Of a DNA stretch of 64,000 nt, positions 50,046 to 62,715 are shown piece by piece. The DNA is from Chiloscyllium plagiosum (taxonomy: Eukaryota): NCBI RefSeq assembly GCF_004010195.1, contig NC_057720.1:16787657-16851656 (forward strand), written 5' to 3'. Each line of letters starts with the position of its first letter. The stretch's first letter is position 1. The notes under the pieces were generated by a model that worked only from the letters and a program-made list of their open reading frames with translations, was not told the origin of the DNA and did not search any database. Position numbers and translations under genes: made by a program.

Positions 50046-51354
50046 AGGACGTAGCTTGTCAGACTTAAAGCATTCAGTGTTTACTTCCATTATTCACTAA
50101 CTCCAATAGCGCAACTAATAATTCTGAACTCCTTCACCCTGAAGGACAATACAAAAGTTATAACTACATTTCTTCACTTCGCAAGGTACCTGCCGATATC
50201 TCAGGATTTTGTTAGAGAAGTTAAAAGATGTGGATGCCAAGGAACTTTTAAACATTTGGGCTGGGCCCGAACAATGATCGATGAGACTCTTTCTGTTTCT
50301 ACACAATTTTTTATTTTGCTTCAACCACAGTACAGCAGCATCCTTGCTCAGAACCCCTGTTGCAGCAGATTATTTTTCAAATAAGATTTTGCCCCATCCA
50401 CAATGTCTCATCATACACTTATGAATAGTTTTTTTTCTACAATTGTCTTTGATATTCTTGAGACATTTAAAGCATTTCACATTAATGTAAATTATAACCT
50501 CTTTAGTGACATAGGCAAACGGACACACAATTTCAGTGTGGCATTATCATGATAAATTGTCAGTTAATTTATTTCCTGATGATGGTTAAGAAGAAATGTT
50601 TACCAGGACATCAGGAAAACTCAAGTCCTTCAACTTCTGTACATTTGCTAAAAATGCCTGTAGCAATGGAATAAGAGGTCAGTTTATATCTCAGCTGAAT
50701 GATCTTGCTTCTAACAATGGTAGGATTCTATTGGTACTGCACAGAAATGTCGGAACAGAGTAAATAATTAAGCCTCAGTCCATTAACAAATGAGTCAGAG
50801 GCTAGAGGCCCACGTACTAATTCCAGCTAAAGGCCACACGCCATTCCATATAACAATCAAAAAAAAATCTGGAAAGGAGGCAACTTAAACTTAAATTTCT
50901 TCAATTTTCTGGCTCCACTGGAACACACATCTCTCTTAGGAAAGGTAATCTGTTACCTCTGCTGGAGCTGGCAAGAGCTCTCACGCCTTTTAAGGCAGTA
51001 AATGGCACATTTCCCAGCGTAGACCAGGAACTATTCCAATTTCACATCCTCTTGAGTAGAAATTAACAGTTCAATTCTTCTGCAGGCCAGACGTTTCAGA
51101 ATATGGGCTTGTATAAGTGATAGCATTTGATTACAAATTTCTCAAGGAGAAATTCAAGTTAGTCGAAGGCCTCAGATTATTTAGCTACTTACTCTCCTGA
51201 CAGACATTATTAAATCCAAGTTGCATTAGTTTTGATGTTAATGCAGTCATTTCATAGTTCTTAATATTTAGTTTGTAAGATTGTAATTATTCTTCCATCA
51301 ATCCTGAACTTCCAGGCATACACATTTTGTTTACAGATGCTCATTATGACTGAT

Positions 51355-52510
51355 AGAACAGAGGAACATAGAACACTACAGCACAGTATAGGCCCTTCGG
51401 CCCCAGATGCTGGCCTTTCATCCTACTCTAAGATCAGACTGACTTAAATATCCCTAATGTATCTAACTCTACTACAACAGCTGGTAGTGCATGCCATGCA
51501 CTCACCACTCTCAATGTAAAGAACCTACCTAAGACATCTCCCCTAAAACTTCCTCCAATTACCTTAAAATTATGCCCCTTCATGATAGACATTGCCGCTA
51601 TGGGAAAAAGTCTCTGGCTTATCCACTCTATCTATGCCTCTCAACATCTCGTATACCTCTATCAAGTCACTGCTCATCCTTCTTCACTCCGAAGATGAAA
51701 AGCCCTCGATCCCTCAAGATATACCCTCCAGTCCAGGCAACATCCTGGTAAATCTTCTCTGCACCCTCTCTAAAGCTTCTACATCTTTCCTACAATGAGG
51801 CAACCAGAACTATACATAATATTTCAAATGTGGTCCAACCAGGACTCTATAGAGATGCAGCATAATGTCGCAGCTCTTAAACTGAATCTCCCTGCTAATG
51901 AAAGCCAACACAGCATACGCCTTCTTAATAACCCTATCAACTCGGGTGGCATCTTTGAGGGATCGATGGACGTGGACCCGAAGATCCCTCTGTTCCTCCA
52001 CACTGCCAAGAATCCTGCCTTTAACCCTGTATTCTGCATTCAAATTCAATCTTCCAAAGTGAATGTCTTCACACTTTTCTGGGTTGAACTCCACTTACCA
52101 CTTATCAGCCCAGTTCTGCATCCTGTTAATATCTCGTTGCAACCTACAACAGCCCTCCACATTATCCACAACTACACCAACCTTTGTGCCATAAGCAAAC
52201 TTACTAACCCACCCTTCCACTTCCTCATCCAAGTCATTTATAAAATTCACTAAGAGCAGAGGTCCTAAAACTGATCCCTGCGGAACACCACTGGTCACCG
52301 AGCTCCAAGCTGAATACTGTCCATCTACCACAACCCTCTGTCTTTCATGGGCCAGCCAATTCTGTATCCAGACAGACAGGTTTCCCTGCATCCCGTGCGT
52401 CCTTACTTTCTGAATGAACCTACCATAGGGAACCTTATCAAATGCCTTGCTAAAATCCATGTACACCACATCAACTGCTCTACCTTCATCAACGTGTTTT
52501 GTCACATCCT
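51355..52510 (-). mobile_element. CR1 3' half
   Basis: [31 protein letters not shown]; agaacatagaaca tail (reverse complement). Confidence 0.92.
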
Positions 52511-53983
52511 CAAATTGGAAAAATATCCATTCACTGAGAAGTCAAGAATTCTACAAATTTCACTGCTGCTGAGCATACAGGACACCAATTAAATAGCCGT
52601 AGGCTCAGATTCCACTGTATCATCCTGAGGACTCTAAGAACTTTTTAATCTGCATATTCTTTATCTTCCTATTGTATTAGACACTCTCTCCCCTTTTAAA
52701 CTTTACAACTGTTACATTTGTTGGATGATGTGTGTGGTATTTTTCTCAAGGTTAGTAAATATTAACATTTCTTGCTTTCACAAAAAACTTTGTAAGTGAC
52801 TCCTTAATTATAATCTTGTGACTCCATTTTAATTAACTTGTGATTAAGCTATATGATAAAATTAATTTAACATTTAACAAGGGGGTTAAAACAGGAGAGC
52901 CAATTCATTCCTCACCTATTCATTACAACCTTTGCAAGGAATTCCAATTCTTTACTGTTGAAGAATTAATTTCAGAACTTCCTCAAAAGCCAATCCATTG
53001 TGGACTTCCTCAAAGACTGTTCAGAATCTGGCTGTTTCTCCCTCTTCCCCAGAGATGTACTACACATCAAGCACCTACTCACTGGCACAACTCCAGCTTT
53101 TTCAACTAGCTTCACCAAACTGGTGCTGTCCTCGCATTTCTTAAAGTTCCAATGTTTCTCAACTCCACAAAGCAAAAATAATTTGTGTGTATCTTCATCC
53201 TTGCTCTGAGTTACACTGAACTATTAATGGCACTTTTAATTCTTTTAAGATGCCCACTGATCCCAGGGTTTTTCTTGGTCCCTAATCAGAATACTTAGGT
53301 GCACTTTCCAGCTTCCCAAATTTTCCGGGTCCAAATGACTCAGAGCCTATTGCAGTACCATCTTTTTGAGATAGAGTCTCTTCTTGGTGCACCAAATATC
53401 TGACTGACTAGCAGCCTGAAGGTAGCAATCTTCTCCTCTGACTACCTCCATCAAGCTGCCTAAAATTTATTATTCAGTAGCATTCAAATGTAGCAACACA
53501 TTGGAACATTCTGTTCCCTAAATGCTTGCTGCTTTGCCTATTGCAAAAAAAGATTTCATTTCAAAATCTGCAGTAAATTATTCAAGGACTTATTTCTTAT
53601 TTCAAATTATTTCATTCCACAACCGCCACCAGCCCTTACCTTTAGCCTCACATACCCGAAGCATTTTAAGTACAAGTTCCTTGGTTGACAACAGTAAAAA
53701 TATGGCTTAATGTCGACAACACCTGGAACCCATCAATTTTGATGCTTCAAGTAAAGATCAACACACATTTTAAATATTTCATAGTTCTGTAATAAGAGTA
53801 CATGTCCAGAGGAATTAACCTCTGTGAATTCTATCCTTCACTTATACTCACTCCTGTTCCCTTCAAAGTCTTGTAAAATGTACCCCTGATTATTAATGTA
53901 TCATATAGATTTTATCATCTAAAACATTACTAAAGTTTAAATGAGATGTACAATGTAATTCCCCATTGTTATTCTATTTACAG

Positions 53984-54069
53984 GTCCTACTTTGTCCAAT
54001 GCGATGGTAAATGCAGGCCTTACTACATTCCAGAAGATAGAAGACACAAATGCAAGAGAATTAGAGCTG
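53984..54069 (+). CDS. HFM1: HFM1 coding exon (GPTLSNAMVNAGLTTFQKIEDTNARELEL)
   Basis: Acceptor ttctatttacag, donor CTG|gtatta. Matches HFM1 GITLSNAIVNAGLTSFKKIEETDARELEL; phase 1 to 0. Confidence 0.95.
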
Positions 54070-54254
54070 GTATTAATTTTTCAATCGATTCTTTATCCAT
54101 ATTAATAAATCTTCCATAACATTTTTTCATGGAATGTTCTGTGCATCTTTTATCATTTTTCCTCTTGCTCCATGTGTTTCTGATCATTTGTCTCTCGGGT
54201 ATTGTTTGGTTATTACAAGTTCCATGAAGCATCATTAAGTCCTGTTTATGGAAT

Positions 54255-56130
54255 AAGACCATAACATATAGGAGCAGAATTACGCCATTCAGCCCATCAA
54301 GTCTGCCACCCCCATTCCCCTGCCTTCTCCCCATAATTCTTGATCCCCTCGCTAAGCAAGAAGTTGTCTATCTCTGTCTTAAATGCACTCACTGTCTTGG
54401 CCTCCACAGCCTCTTGTGGCAATAAATTTCACAGATTTCACACTTTTACTGAATCTGGTTTCACCACCTGTCATGGTGGGATTTGAACCCATGCCTAATC
54501 CTCTGGATTGCTTGTCAGATGGCATTACAACCACACCACCATGACTTCACATGCCATTGAATGTCAAGAGGTAATAGTTAGATTCCTACTTAGTGGAGAT
54601 GAACATTTCCTGATACTTGTATGATGCACATGTTACTTGCCAATTTTGGCCCAAACCTGGGTATTGTCCAGGTCTTGCTGCATTTGGACCTCTTCAATAT
54701 TTGAGGAATCACAAATGGTGCTAAATATTGTGTAATCATCGACGAACTAACTTCTGACCTTATAAAGGAAGAAAGGTCATTGATGAAGCAGCTGATAATG
54801 GTTCGACTCTGGACACTACCCTGAGGAATTCTTGCAGAGATTTCCTAGAACTGAGATGACTGACATCCCACATTTCCCTTTGTACCAGGTATGACTTCAA
54901 CCAGGGAGATTGTTTCCTGATTTGCATTGACTTTAATTTTGCTAGGTTTTTTAATGTGACACTAATGTCACTAATGATATTTTCCAATGTCAAGGGCAGT
55001 CACTCATACCACACCTTGGAAGTGAGCTAATTTGTCAATGTATGAACTATGGCTTTAATGAAGTCAGGAGTTTAATGGTCCTTGCAGAATACTCTTGAGC
55101 TTCAGTGAGCTTCAGGTTATTACCAAGCAAATAATGCTTGATCAAACTGTTGATGACACTTTCTATAACTTTACTGATGATCAAAAGGGCAACAATTAGT
55201 TGGGTTAGATTTGTCCTCCTTTTTATGCACAGGACATACCTGGACAAGTTTCTACATTGTTGGGTAGATGCCAGTGTTGTGGCTGTATTTCAACAGCTTA
55301 GCTTGGAGAACAGAGGGGTGTGAAGCACATGTCTTCAATGTTATTGCCAGAATGTTGTTACATGCCCATAGCCTTTGCAGTATCCAATATCTTCAGCCAT
55401 TTCTTGATAAGTACAATGAATCAAATTCCCTGAAAAATGACATTTGTGATGCTTGGAACTTCTGGAGGAAGCTGAAATGGATCTTTCACTTGGCATTGTA
55501 GCTGAAGATTGTTGTAAATGCTTCATCCTAGTGTTTTGCACTGAATTGGAGAGCTCCCATGTTATTGGGAGTGGGTATGCATGTGGAGCCGCTTCCTCCT
55601 CCAATGAGCAGTTCAATTGCCCACCACCGTTCACAACTGTATGTGGCAGGACTGCAAAGCTTAGACTTGATCTGTTGTTTGTGGAATTGCTTAGCCTTGC
55701 TTATTACTTGTTGCTTATGCTGTTTGGTATATAAATTGTCCTGTTTTATCGCTTCATCAGGGTGACCTCTCATTTTAGGTTTGCCCAGTGCTGTTCCTGG
55801 CATGCGCTCCTGTGCTTTTCATTGAAACAGAGTTGATCTCCTGGCTTAATGATGATGGTAGAGTGAGGATATGCTGGGTCATGAGGTTGCAGAATTTATT
55901 GGAACACAATTCTGCTGTTCCTGATATCCTGTGATGCGACATGATACCCAATCTTGACTTGCTGCATCTGTTTAAAATCTATCACATTTGGCTCAGTGGT
56001 AGTGCTCATAATAGAGAATTTGTCAATGTGAAGACATGACTTTGTCTCTACAGGTTCTCTGTAGTGGGCACTGTGGATAGGTGTGTATGCAACAGGCAGA
56101 CTGGTGAGGATGAGATTGAGTATATTTTCA
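54255..56130 (-). mobile_element. CR1 tail fragment, SINE head and a decayed LINE (Deu-associated family)
   Basis: ccataacatataggagcag tail; IISKVIESVIN and IKSKLCSPAT..RWW remnants. Confidence 0.6.
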
Positions 56131-56286
56131 CCACACTGTATAGATCTATTTACTACATGTTACAGAAATATTTGTAATATTTTTACGCAATGACTCAGTT
56201 TAGATTCAAATACTTTTTATTGCATTATAGTCAATACATAAAGGTTCTATGAAAGGGGAGAATCATGGTCATTATTATTTTTGTAG

Positions 56287-56370
56287 ATTGTAAACAGACA
56301 TCCTCCTTTTGGAAATCAAATAAGAGAATCTGTTCTTCATCTCCCAAAGTATGAGCTCAGTGTTGAACAG
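56287..56370 (+). CDS. HFM1: HFM1 coding exon (IVNRHPPFGNQIRESVLHLPKYELSVEQ)
   Basis: Acceptor ttattatttttgtag, donor CAG|gtaatc. Contains the NRHPPFG signature of MER3/HFM1; phase 0 to 0. Confidence 0.96.
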
Positions 56371-56673
56371 GTAATCTTTGGATTATTGGTACTGTGGGAT
56401 TTCCTTTGTAGTCAAATGGATGCCCAATAGTATTTACAAGAAAGAAGTGATTTGTTCATATTTTTGCTTGTTATAATTGTAATTATTTATGACTTAAATT
56501 CTTTATACAAGGAAAATCTTTGATGATTCATGATAGTTAAATCAAGTATTCTTTGTGGTTAAAATAATGCTGCAAATCACAAATAGAACATTTCCTTCGT
56601 TGATGTTTTTAAGCTCTTTGATTATAATAAAGTAGATTATGCATTCATTAATTTGGATTTTTTTCTGTTGAAG

Positions 56674-56831
56674 CTTGCAAGATACCATGATTCAGTGGCA
56701 GAAATCATTGTGAAAATTACCTTAACAAATTACCAACAACTATGGGAAAAGAGAACAGCACCTGACAATCACCACGTTTCTCTAATCATAGGAGATGCAG
56801 ACAACCAAGTTGTTTATAAACAGAAAATCAT
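56674..56831 (+). CDS. HFM1: HFM1 coding exon (LARYHDSVAEIIVKITLTNYQQLWEKRTAPDNHHVSLIIGDADNQVVYKQKI), ending at a GC donor
   Basis: Acceptor ttttttctgttgaag and the LIIGDADNQVVY motif. AT|gcaagt is the donor that keeps frame with the next exon (phase 2). Confidence 0.9.
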
Positions 56832-58039
56832 GCAAGTATCTAAATCTATTAAGGTGCAGCATCATCTGGAAGCTTGCAAATGGAAATAGTTAATTTTTCA
56901 AAACTTATTTGTCATGTTTAAAACCTCAACTGTGTGTCTGCATTCAATCTACATTGGTATTAAAACTACCTGTTTTTTGTCAGAAACCATTTCTCAATTT
57001 TTTAATACATATGCTGTAATCCCATCTAAGAAATCAGTCTGAATTCCCCTTGGTTGTGCATCAGACCCATTTTACTGCATGAGCTTAAGTAATTAACCCT
57101 TATGTGATGACACTGGTGATTTGGATTTAGAATTATTAATCTTATACAGACAAATTTCCATTTTTGGGGCCGCTGGCAAATGGCAATGCAGTGAGGCATA
57201 TTTCCTCCAGAGCTTTGGGAGACTAGTGAAGATTCACTAGGTAGCAGAAGACTGCAATGGTAGAATAATCCCACAAAAAGATGTTAGTGCTGAAATTGAG
57301 GGGAATAAAAGCATGCCAATGGCTTTGAATTTGCCCACTGGTCCTGAAAAGATGACTCACATAAAATATTTTGATGTTGACCTGTTTTTAAGTTGACAAT
57401 ATTATTGTTTCCCTATTGACTGAATTACTCAGCTTAGGTCTGAACATGATCATTATATTTAACTTTTTGGTTGGGAGATGTATGTGGCTTGAGAAGAGCA
57501 AAACTATGGAATGTAGAAATATTATATTACTTTTAATAACTGTATTAAGCCTTAATAACTCAGGAAACCCATCTGGAAATTTATTGTTGCACACCAAAAT
57601 ACCACCACTACTCATGATGTACAGAGGCAGCCCGGGACAGACAGTTCTCCAGACCCATTCATTTTCTTTCATATCCAAAATAGGGAATAGGGTCTGCTTT
57701 ACTTTTGAGACCATTGATCACACACAATTGAATGACTTTCCCGCCATCAAATCACTGATTTTTTTTCCAATAACTGATCCAATAACTAAATTACCTATGC
57801 AGCCAATTAGGTATTTAATTGCAAAGTTACAGGCACTGGATCGGCTTTTTTATATCTGGAAGTGTTCTCACACAAAACTTCATGACTTCCATGAAATCAC
57901 CATATCTCCATGACTTTGGTTTTGTTTTTAACTATAAACCACCACCAGTAATTGCCCATGCATCCAACTAGAAGTTTACATGCAAAGCCCGTTCTGGGCA
58001 ATGCAAACTATTAAAAGTGAGGTTGGGTTGGGAGATTGA

Positions 58040-59250
58040 CGAGGGACTAAATCAAAATGGAGTTGGAAGGAGAAATAAATGCATCTCCCATGGTGCCCAC
58101 CTCTTTTAAGACATTGAGAGCATTAATGGATGCTGTGTGCTCCCTCTCCAGGCAAACCCAGGCACCAATGTAATCATGGAAGAGATGCAGACAGTTGGTC
58201 TTCATAGCTCACCATGTGGAGCTATTTATAGCCAGTTTGGTCAGGCACAGGAGCAGACCCACAAGGAGGTCCTCCGATCTGACCACACCCCTCAGCACTG
58301 GATGCCCAAAGATCAGGACCATAGGACTGAAGTGTAAACAAAAACACAATAAAAAATTGTTTCAAATAACTGAACAGGGAATGAAACCAAAATACATATG
58401 ATCCACAGACTGCTCAGCACCACAAAATAAATAGTTGGGCTGGAGTCCATGAAGCACAGAAATCTGCTATTATAAGGGACAGCTTCATCCTTACCCAGGT
58501 CCCACATAGAGAGCTCTCCATTGGGAATAGGGTCTGCCTTATTGTTTTCATACTTAGAAGTACTGTCACACACAACTGAGCAACCTCCCCACCACCAAAT
58601 CCCCATGACTGTTTTGTTTTGTATTGTAAACTACTAACCACCACCACCACCACCAGTAAAACACCCAGATAGTGGAAAAGCTCAGGCAGCATCTTAGGAG
58701 AAGGATAGTCAACAAGCATAAGCCCAGGACTCTCTTGCTCCTTGGATGCTACACTTTTCCACCACTTCATTTTTTGATCATGGAACAGTTGTCAGTGGTC
58801 AGAAAAAATCCATTTGGTTCACTAATGTCCTTCAGGGAAGGAAATCTGCCAGCCTTACCTGGTCTGGCTTAAATATGACTGCACACCCACAACAATGTAA
58901 TTGACTCTCAGCTGCCCTCTGGACAATGAGAGATGAGCAACGAATGCTGACCCAGTCATTGAGACTCACATCCTGAATTTAAAAAAAACATCAAAAATGA
59001 GAGAGGGGCTAGGGAGCACAAAAAGGGACTAAATCAAAATGAAGTTGAAGGGTAATATAAAGCACTGTGCCCCATGATGCCCACTCATCTCTAAAGGCAT
59101 TGAGAGCATCACCTTCTCCAATAATACCTGGACATGAACATTACTGCAGAAGAAGGGCAAACAATTAGTAGAGAAGAGGGTCTCCTTTGTAAGGGATTCA
59201 GGCAATGAGTTCCAGCTGGGCAGGCAGCTGCCTGGAATCAAGGGAACTCA
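58040..59250 (-). mobile_element. Two decayed Tx1-like 3' fragments (58040-58420, 59020-59250), with a Deu SINE half (58770-58990) and a degenerate mini-element (58671-58766) between them
   Basis: Reverse-complement similarity to 33015-33415 (gggactaaatcaaaat; gccagtttggtcaggcacaggagcagaccc). Confidence 0.6.
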
Positions 59251-59403
59251 TACTCAATGAGCTCCACAGGGAGATTAATTGTGAATCCCTGTAGGCTTTT
59301 TAGTAGTTACCACAGCCAAGAATAATTTTATTTCCATGAATGCCCCAGTGTAGAATCCATGCTGTTGCTGGGCTAATATCAACTGGACCACAAACAATTG
59401 CAG

Positions 59404-59463
59404 GAGAAAGTGAGGACTGCAGATGCTGGAGATCAGAGTCAAGAGTTGGTGCTGGAAAAGCAT
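59404..59463 (-). mobile_element. 60-bp Penelope terminal insertion
   Basis: gagaaagtgaggactgcagatgctgg end; 12-bp TSD aaacaattgcag at 59392-59403 and 59464-59475. Confidence 0.85.
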
Positions 59464-59578
59464 AAACAATTGCAGCAATTTCCTGAACTGAGGTGTCATA
59501 TAGTTTGCAGAGCAGGCTCCTGAAAGGATTACCATCATGTTGCAGCCTATCTCACAGAATAGGAAATTCTACCAATGT

Positions 59579-59804
59579 AGAAGCAAATTACAGCAGATGC
59601 TAGAATCTGTACTGAAAATAACAAGTGCTGGAGATCACAGTGGGTCAGACAGCATCCATGGGAAAAAAAAACAACTAATGTTTCAAGTCGAGACGATTCT
59701 TCATCAGAGTTCTGATGAAAAGTCATCTTGACTTGGAACGTTAGCTTGCTTTCTGTCAATGGATGCTGTTGGCCATGCTGTGATCTCCAGCATTTGTTGT
59801 TTTC
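59579..59804. mobile_element. Penelope-type inverted-repeat mini-element (divergent subfamily) with back-to-back hammerhead motifs
   Basis: Perfect 18-bp TSD aggaaattctaccaatgt at 59561-59578 and 59805-59822; GAGTT-CTGATGA-A-AAGTC-ATCTT-GACTT-GGAAC-GTT-AGCTT at 59707-59747. Confidence 0.88.
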
Positions 59805-60244
59805 AGGAAATTCTACCAATGTTGCAGTAAGATTAGAAGAGCTGTGAGCATTGCTAATGTGATTGAAGTGTTATAATTGATGTGCTTAGGAAGCCCTTGG
59901 AACAGCCTGGGAATTTTACAAAGACATTCAAGTGGTAGAATAGAGTCAGAGTAGGCTTCCAGCAGATCCTGTCTTTTTGGGCTATTACCATTATCACCCA
60001 GGAGCCCCAGACCCTTAAATACCACATGTATGAATCAGGTGGGGAAGTAGCAGTTAACACAGTCCAAGCATAGGCAGGAAATTCAGATGCTGTCTCACCC
60101 AATGTGAAGTGAGATTCTTCTTCATGATCCAAGCCAAGAAATGAGAAAAGAATATTTCTGTTCTGAATACCTAAGCACCAATTCGATTAGTGCACTTCTG
60201 AATAACGCACCAGGGTACTAATCCTGATTTTGTCCTATTATTAG

Positions 60245-60348
60245 AGATTCAGCCCTGCTGAAATCAGGAAGCTGGATGAAGAAAATTGAAGTTAAAAGGG
60301 CCTTCAAAGGTGAAGAATTAAGTGTTAATCTTATAAGTTCTGAATATG
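60245..60348 (+). CDS. HFM1: HFM1 coding exon (DSALLKSGSWMKKIEVKRAFKGEELSVNLISSEY)
   Basis: Acceptor ttttgtcctattattag, donor G|gtaagt. Matches HFM1 DSVLLKAGSWAKKIAVKRALKSEDLSINLISSEF. Confidence 0.95.
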
Positions 60349-60769
60349 GTAAGTCAGGTTTATGTTGTCAGTGTAGTTTTTAAATCTATATTTAAAGAAG
60401 AGCAATTTCAACAACTGAGGACAGAACCCTTTATGACAGTTTCCAACTGCTGTGATATTTCCTTCATCAGTTTAAAAAGAGCTCTGTTTAATATAATACT
60501 AACCATTGTGAATTGTATGTCATTACCTCGAGTAGTTCAGTTTCTGCAGTTATTCTTCTGACCAGTTTTGCCTTTGTTTAGCTGTTTCACATTATTCCAT
60601 GCATTTTTTTTAATGCATTCTGGAGAAGTTTGCAGTCTCTGTTTCTTAAAATCTAAAGGTGAAGACCTGCATCAGCAACAAAATAACTTCAGAGCATACA
60701 AGAAAAGTTACTAGCTTACATTTCTGGCACTTTTCACAACTTCAGGACATTCATAACACTATAACGGGA

Positions 60770-61160
60770 ACCGATAGCCTAGACAGTTGCTAGACTGGTA
60801 ATCCAGAGACCAAGTTTCTGGGGACCAGGTTCAAATCCGACCATGGTAGACTTTAAATTCAGTAATAATCTGGAATTAAAAGGCTGATGATTGCCATCAA
60901 ATCATTGCGAACATCTGACTCACTGATGTTCTTTTGGGAATAAAAATGCCATCCTTAACTGTGATTCCAGAACCACAGCAATGTAGTTGACTCATAACTG
61001 CCCTCTGAAGTGGCGTAGCAAACCACTTAGTTGTATCAAGTTTAAAAAATTGTGATTGTACCTATACAACTTGCACTGGTACAAGAATGCGCCTCATCAC
61101 CACCTTATTTAGGACAACTAGGCATTAAATGCTGACCCACATCCGTGAGTGAATAAACAA
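60770..61160 (+). mobile_element. Deu-type SINE, older copy with a longer LINE-derived tail
   Basis: ggttcaaatcc B box, Deu-like core, gccctctgaagtggc, gagtgaataaa end. Confidence 0.65.
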
Positions 61161-62180
61161 ACAGAAATTAGGTAATGACCAGGAAAGCCTTTTTTGAAGT
61201 TGATCAATAAATATTGGCCAGGTCACAAGCGATAACTCCCATGCTGTTCTTCAAAGCTGTGCTAGGGGATCTTCTACATCTACTTGCAAAGGCAGACCAT
61301 GCTTCGTTTAACATTTCATTGAATGTTGCACATGATAGGAAGAAACTGCAGATAGCATTGGATACAAATGTCTATGACCCTGACAACATGCTAGCAGTAG
61401 TACTAAAGACTTGTGCCCCACACTAGCCTAATGGTTATGGCACAGACTAGTTGATGACATGGAAATTGTCCACTCTAATCTTGCAGTAACTCATAAGTCA
61501 AACTAACCACAGCCTTCTTGAGGGCAATGAGGGGTCAGCAATAAATGTTGGCCTTGCCTTCGATGTTTACAAACCAAGAATGGGCATATCATTAAAAGGA
61601 GAGCCCTACTGACTGTGTAGCACTTCTTCTGAATTGCCCGTGTCTTGGAGTTGGACTTTAGCCATACCCTATGACTTCATAGTGAGTGCTCCCACTTGAC
61701 ACCTAGCTGACATGAACATTAAGAACATCCTTAAGATCTTTAGCCAGGAGAAATAAAATTAGGTGCTGACATTGACAGGATTGTGCCCTGTTGGACCCTG
61801 ACGTCAGAACCTTCCACTGTTGTGGAAATAATTACTCAGCAGTGATTGACCTGTATGGACTTGAGGAAGGTGTTTGACAAGGTTCCCCATGGTAGACTCG
61901 TTAACTAGGTTAGATGACATGTAATACGGGGACAGCTAGCCATTTGGATACAGAACTGGCTCGAAGGTAGAAGACAGAGGGTGATGGTGGAGGATTGCTT
62001 TTCAGACTGACCAGTGCGCCACAAGGATCGGTACTGGGTCCACTGCTTTTCATTATTTATATAAATGATTTTGATGTGAACATAGGAGGTATAGTTAGAG
62101 TTTGCAAATGTCCTCAAAATTGGCAGTGTAGTGGACAGCGAAGAAGGTTACCTCAGAATACAGCGGGATCTTGATTAGAT

Positions 62181-62270
62181 GAGCTGAAAATGTGTTGCTG
62201 GAAAAGCGCAGCAGGTCAGGCAGCATCCAGGGAACAGGAGAATCGACGTTTCGGGCATAAGCCCTTCTTC
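62181..62270 (-). mobile_element. Penelope terminal insertion truncated inside the hammerhead core
   Basis: 10-bp TSD ttagatgagc at 62175-62184 and 62271-62280; nearly identical to 13745-13834. Confidence 0.9.
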
Positions 62271-62715
62271 TTAGATGAGCCAATCCGTGAGTGGCAGATG
62301 GAGTTTAATTTTGATAAATGTGAAGCGCTGCATTATGGAAAGGCAAATCAGGACATGATTTATACACTTACTGGTAAGATCATGGGGAGTGTTGTTGAAC
62401 AAAGAGACCTTGGGGTGCAGCTTTACAGTTACTTGAATGTAGAGTCGCAGGTAGATAGGGTAGTGAGGAAGGCTTTTGGTATGCTTGGCTTTGTCGGTCA
62501 GAACATTGAGTATATGAGTTAGGAGGTCATGTTGTAGCTGAACAGGACATTGGTTAGGCCACTTTTGGAATATTGTGTGCAGTTCTGGTCTCCCTCCCAT
62601 AGGATGGATTTTGTGAAACTTGAAAGAGTTCTGAAAAGATTTACGAGGATATTGCTGGGATTGGAGGATTTGAGCTATAGGGACAGGCTGAATAGGCTGG
62701 AGTGTTGGAGGCTGA

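Noticed and set aside
52972..53209. Overlapping short ORFs in non-repetitive-looking DNA
   Set aside because: Bounded by stops with no convincing splice sites; may be an unrecognised old repeat
54023..54334. 103-aa minus-strand ORF
   Set aside because: Starts in a CR1 tail and overlaps the real HFM1 exon in antisense; no motif
57416..57913. 165-aa ORF with hydrophobic stretches
   Set aside because: No recognisable domain or splice context, and HFM1 is continuous without it
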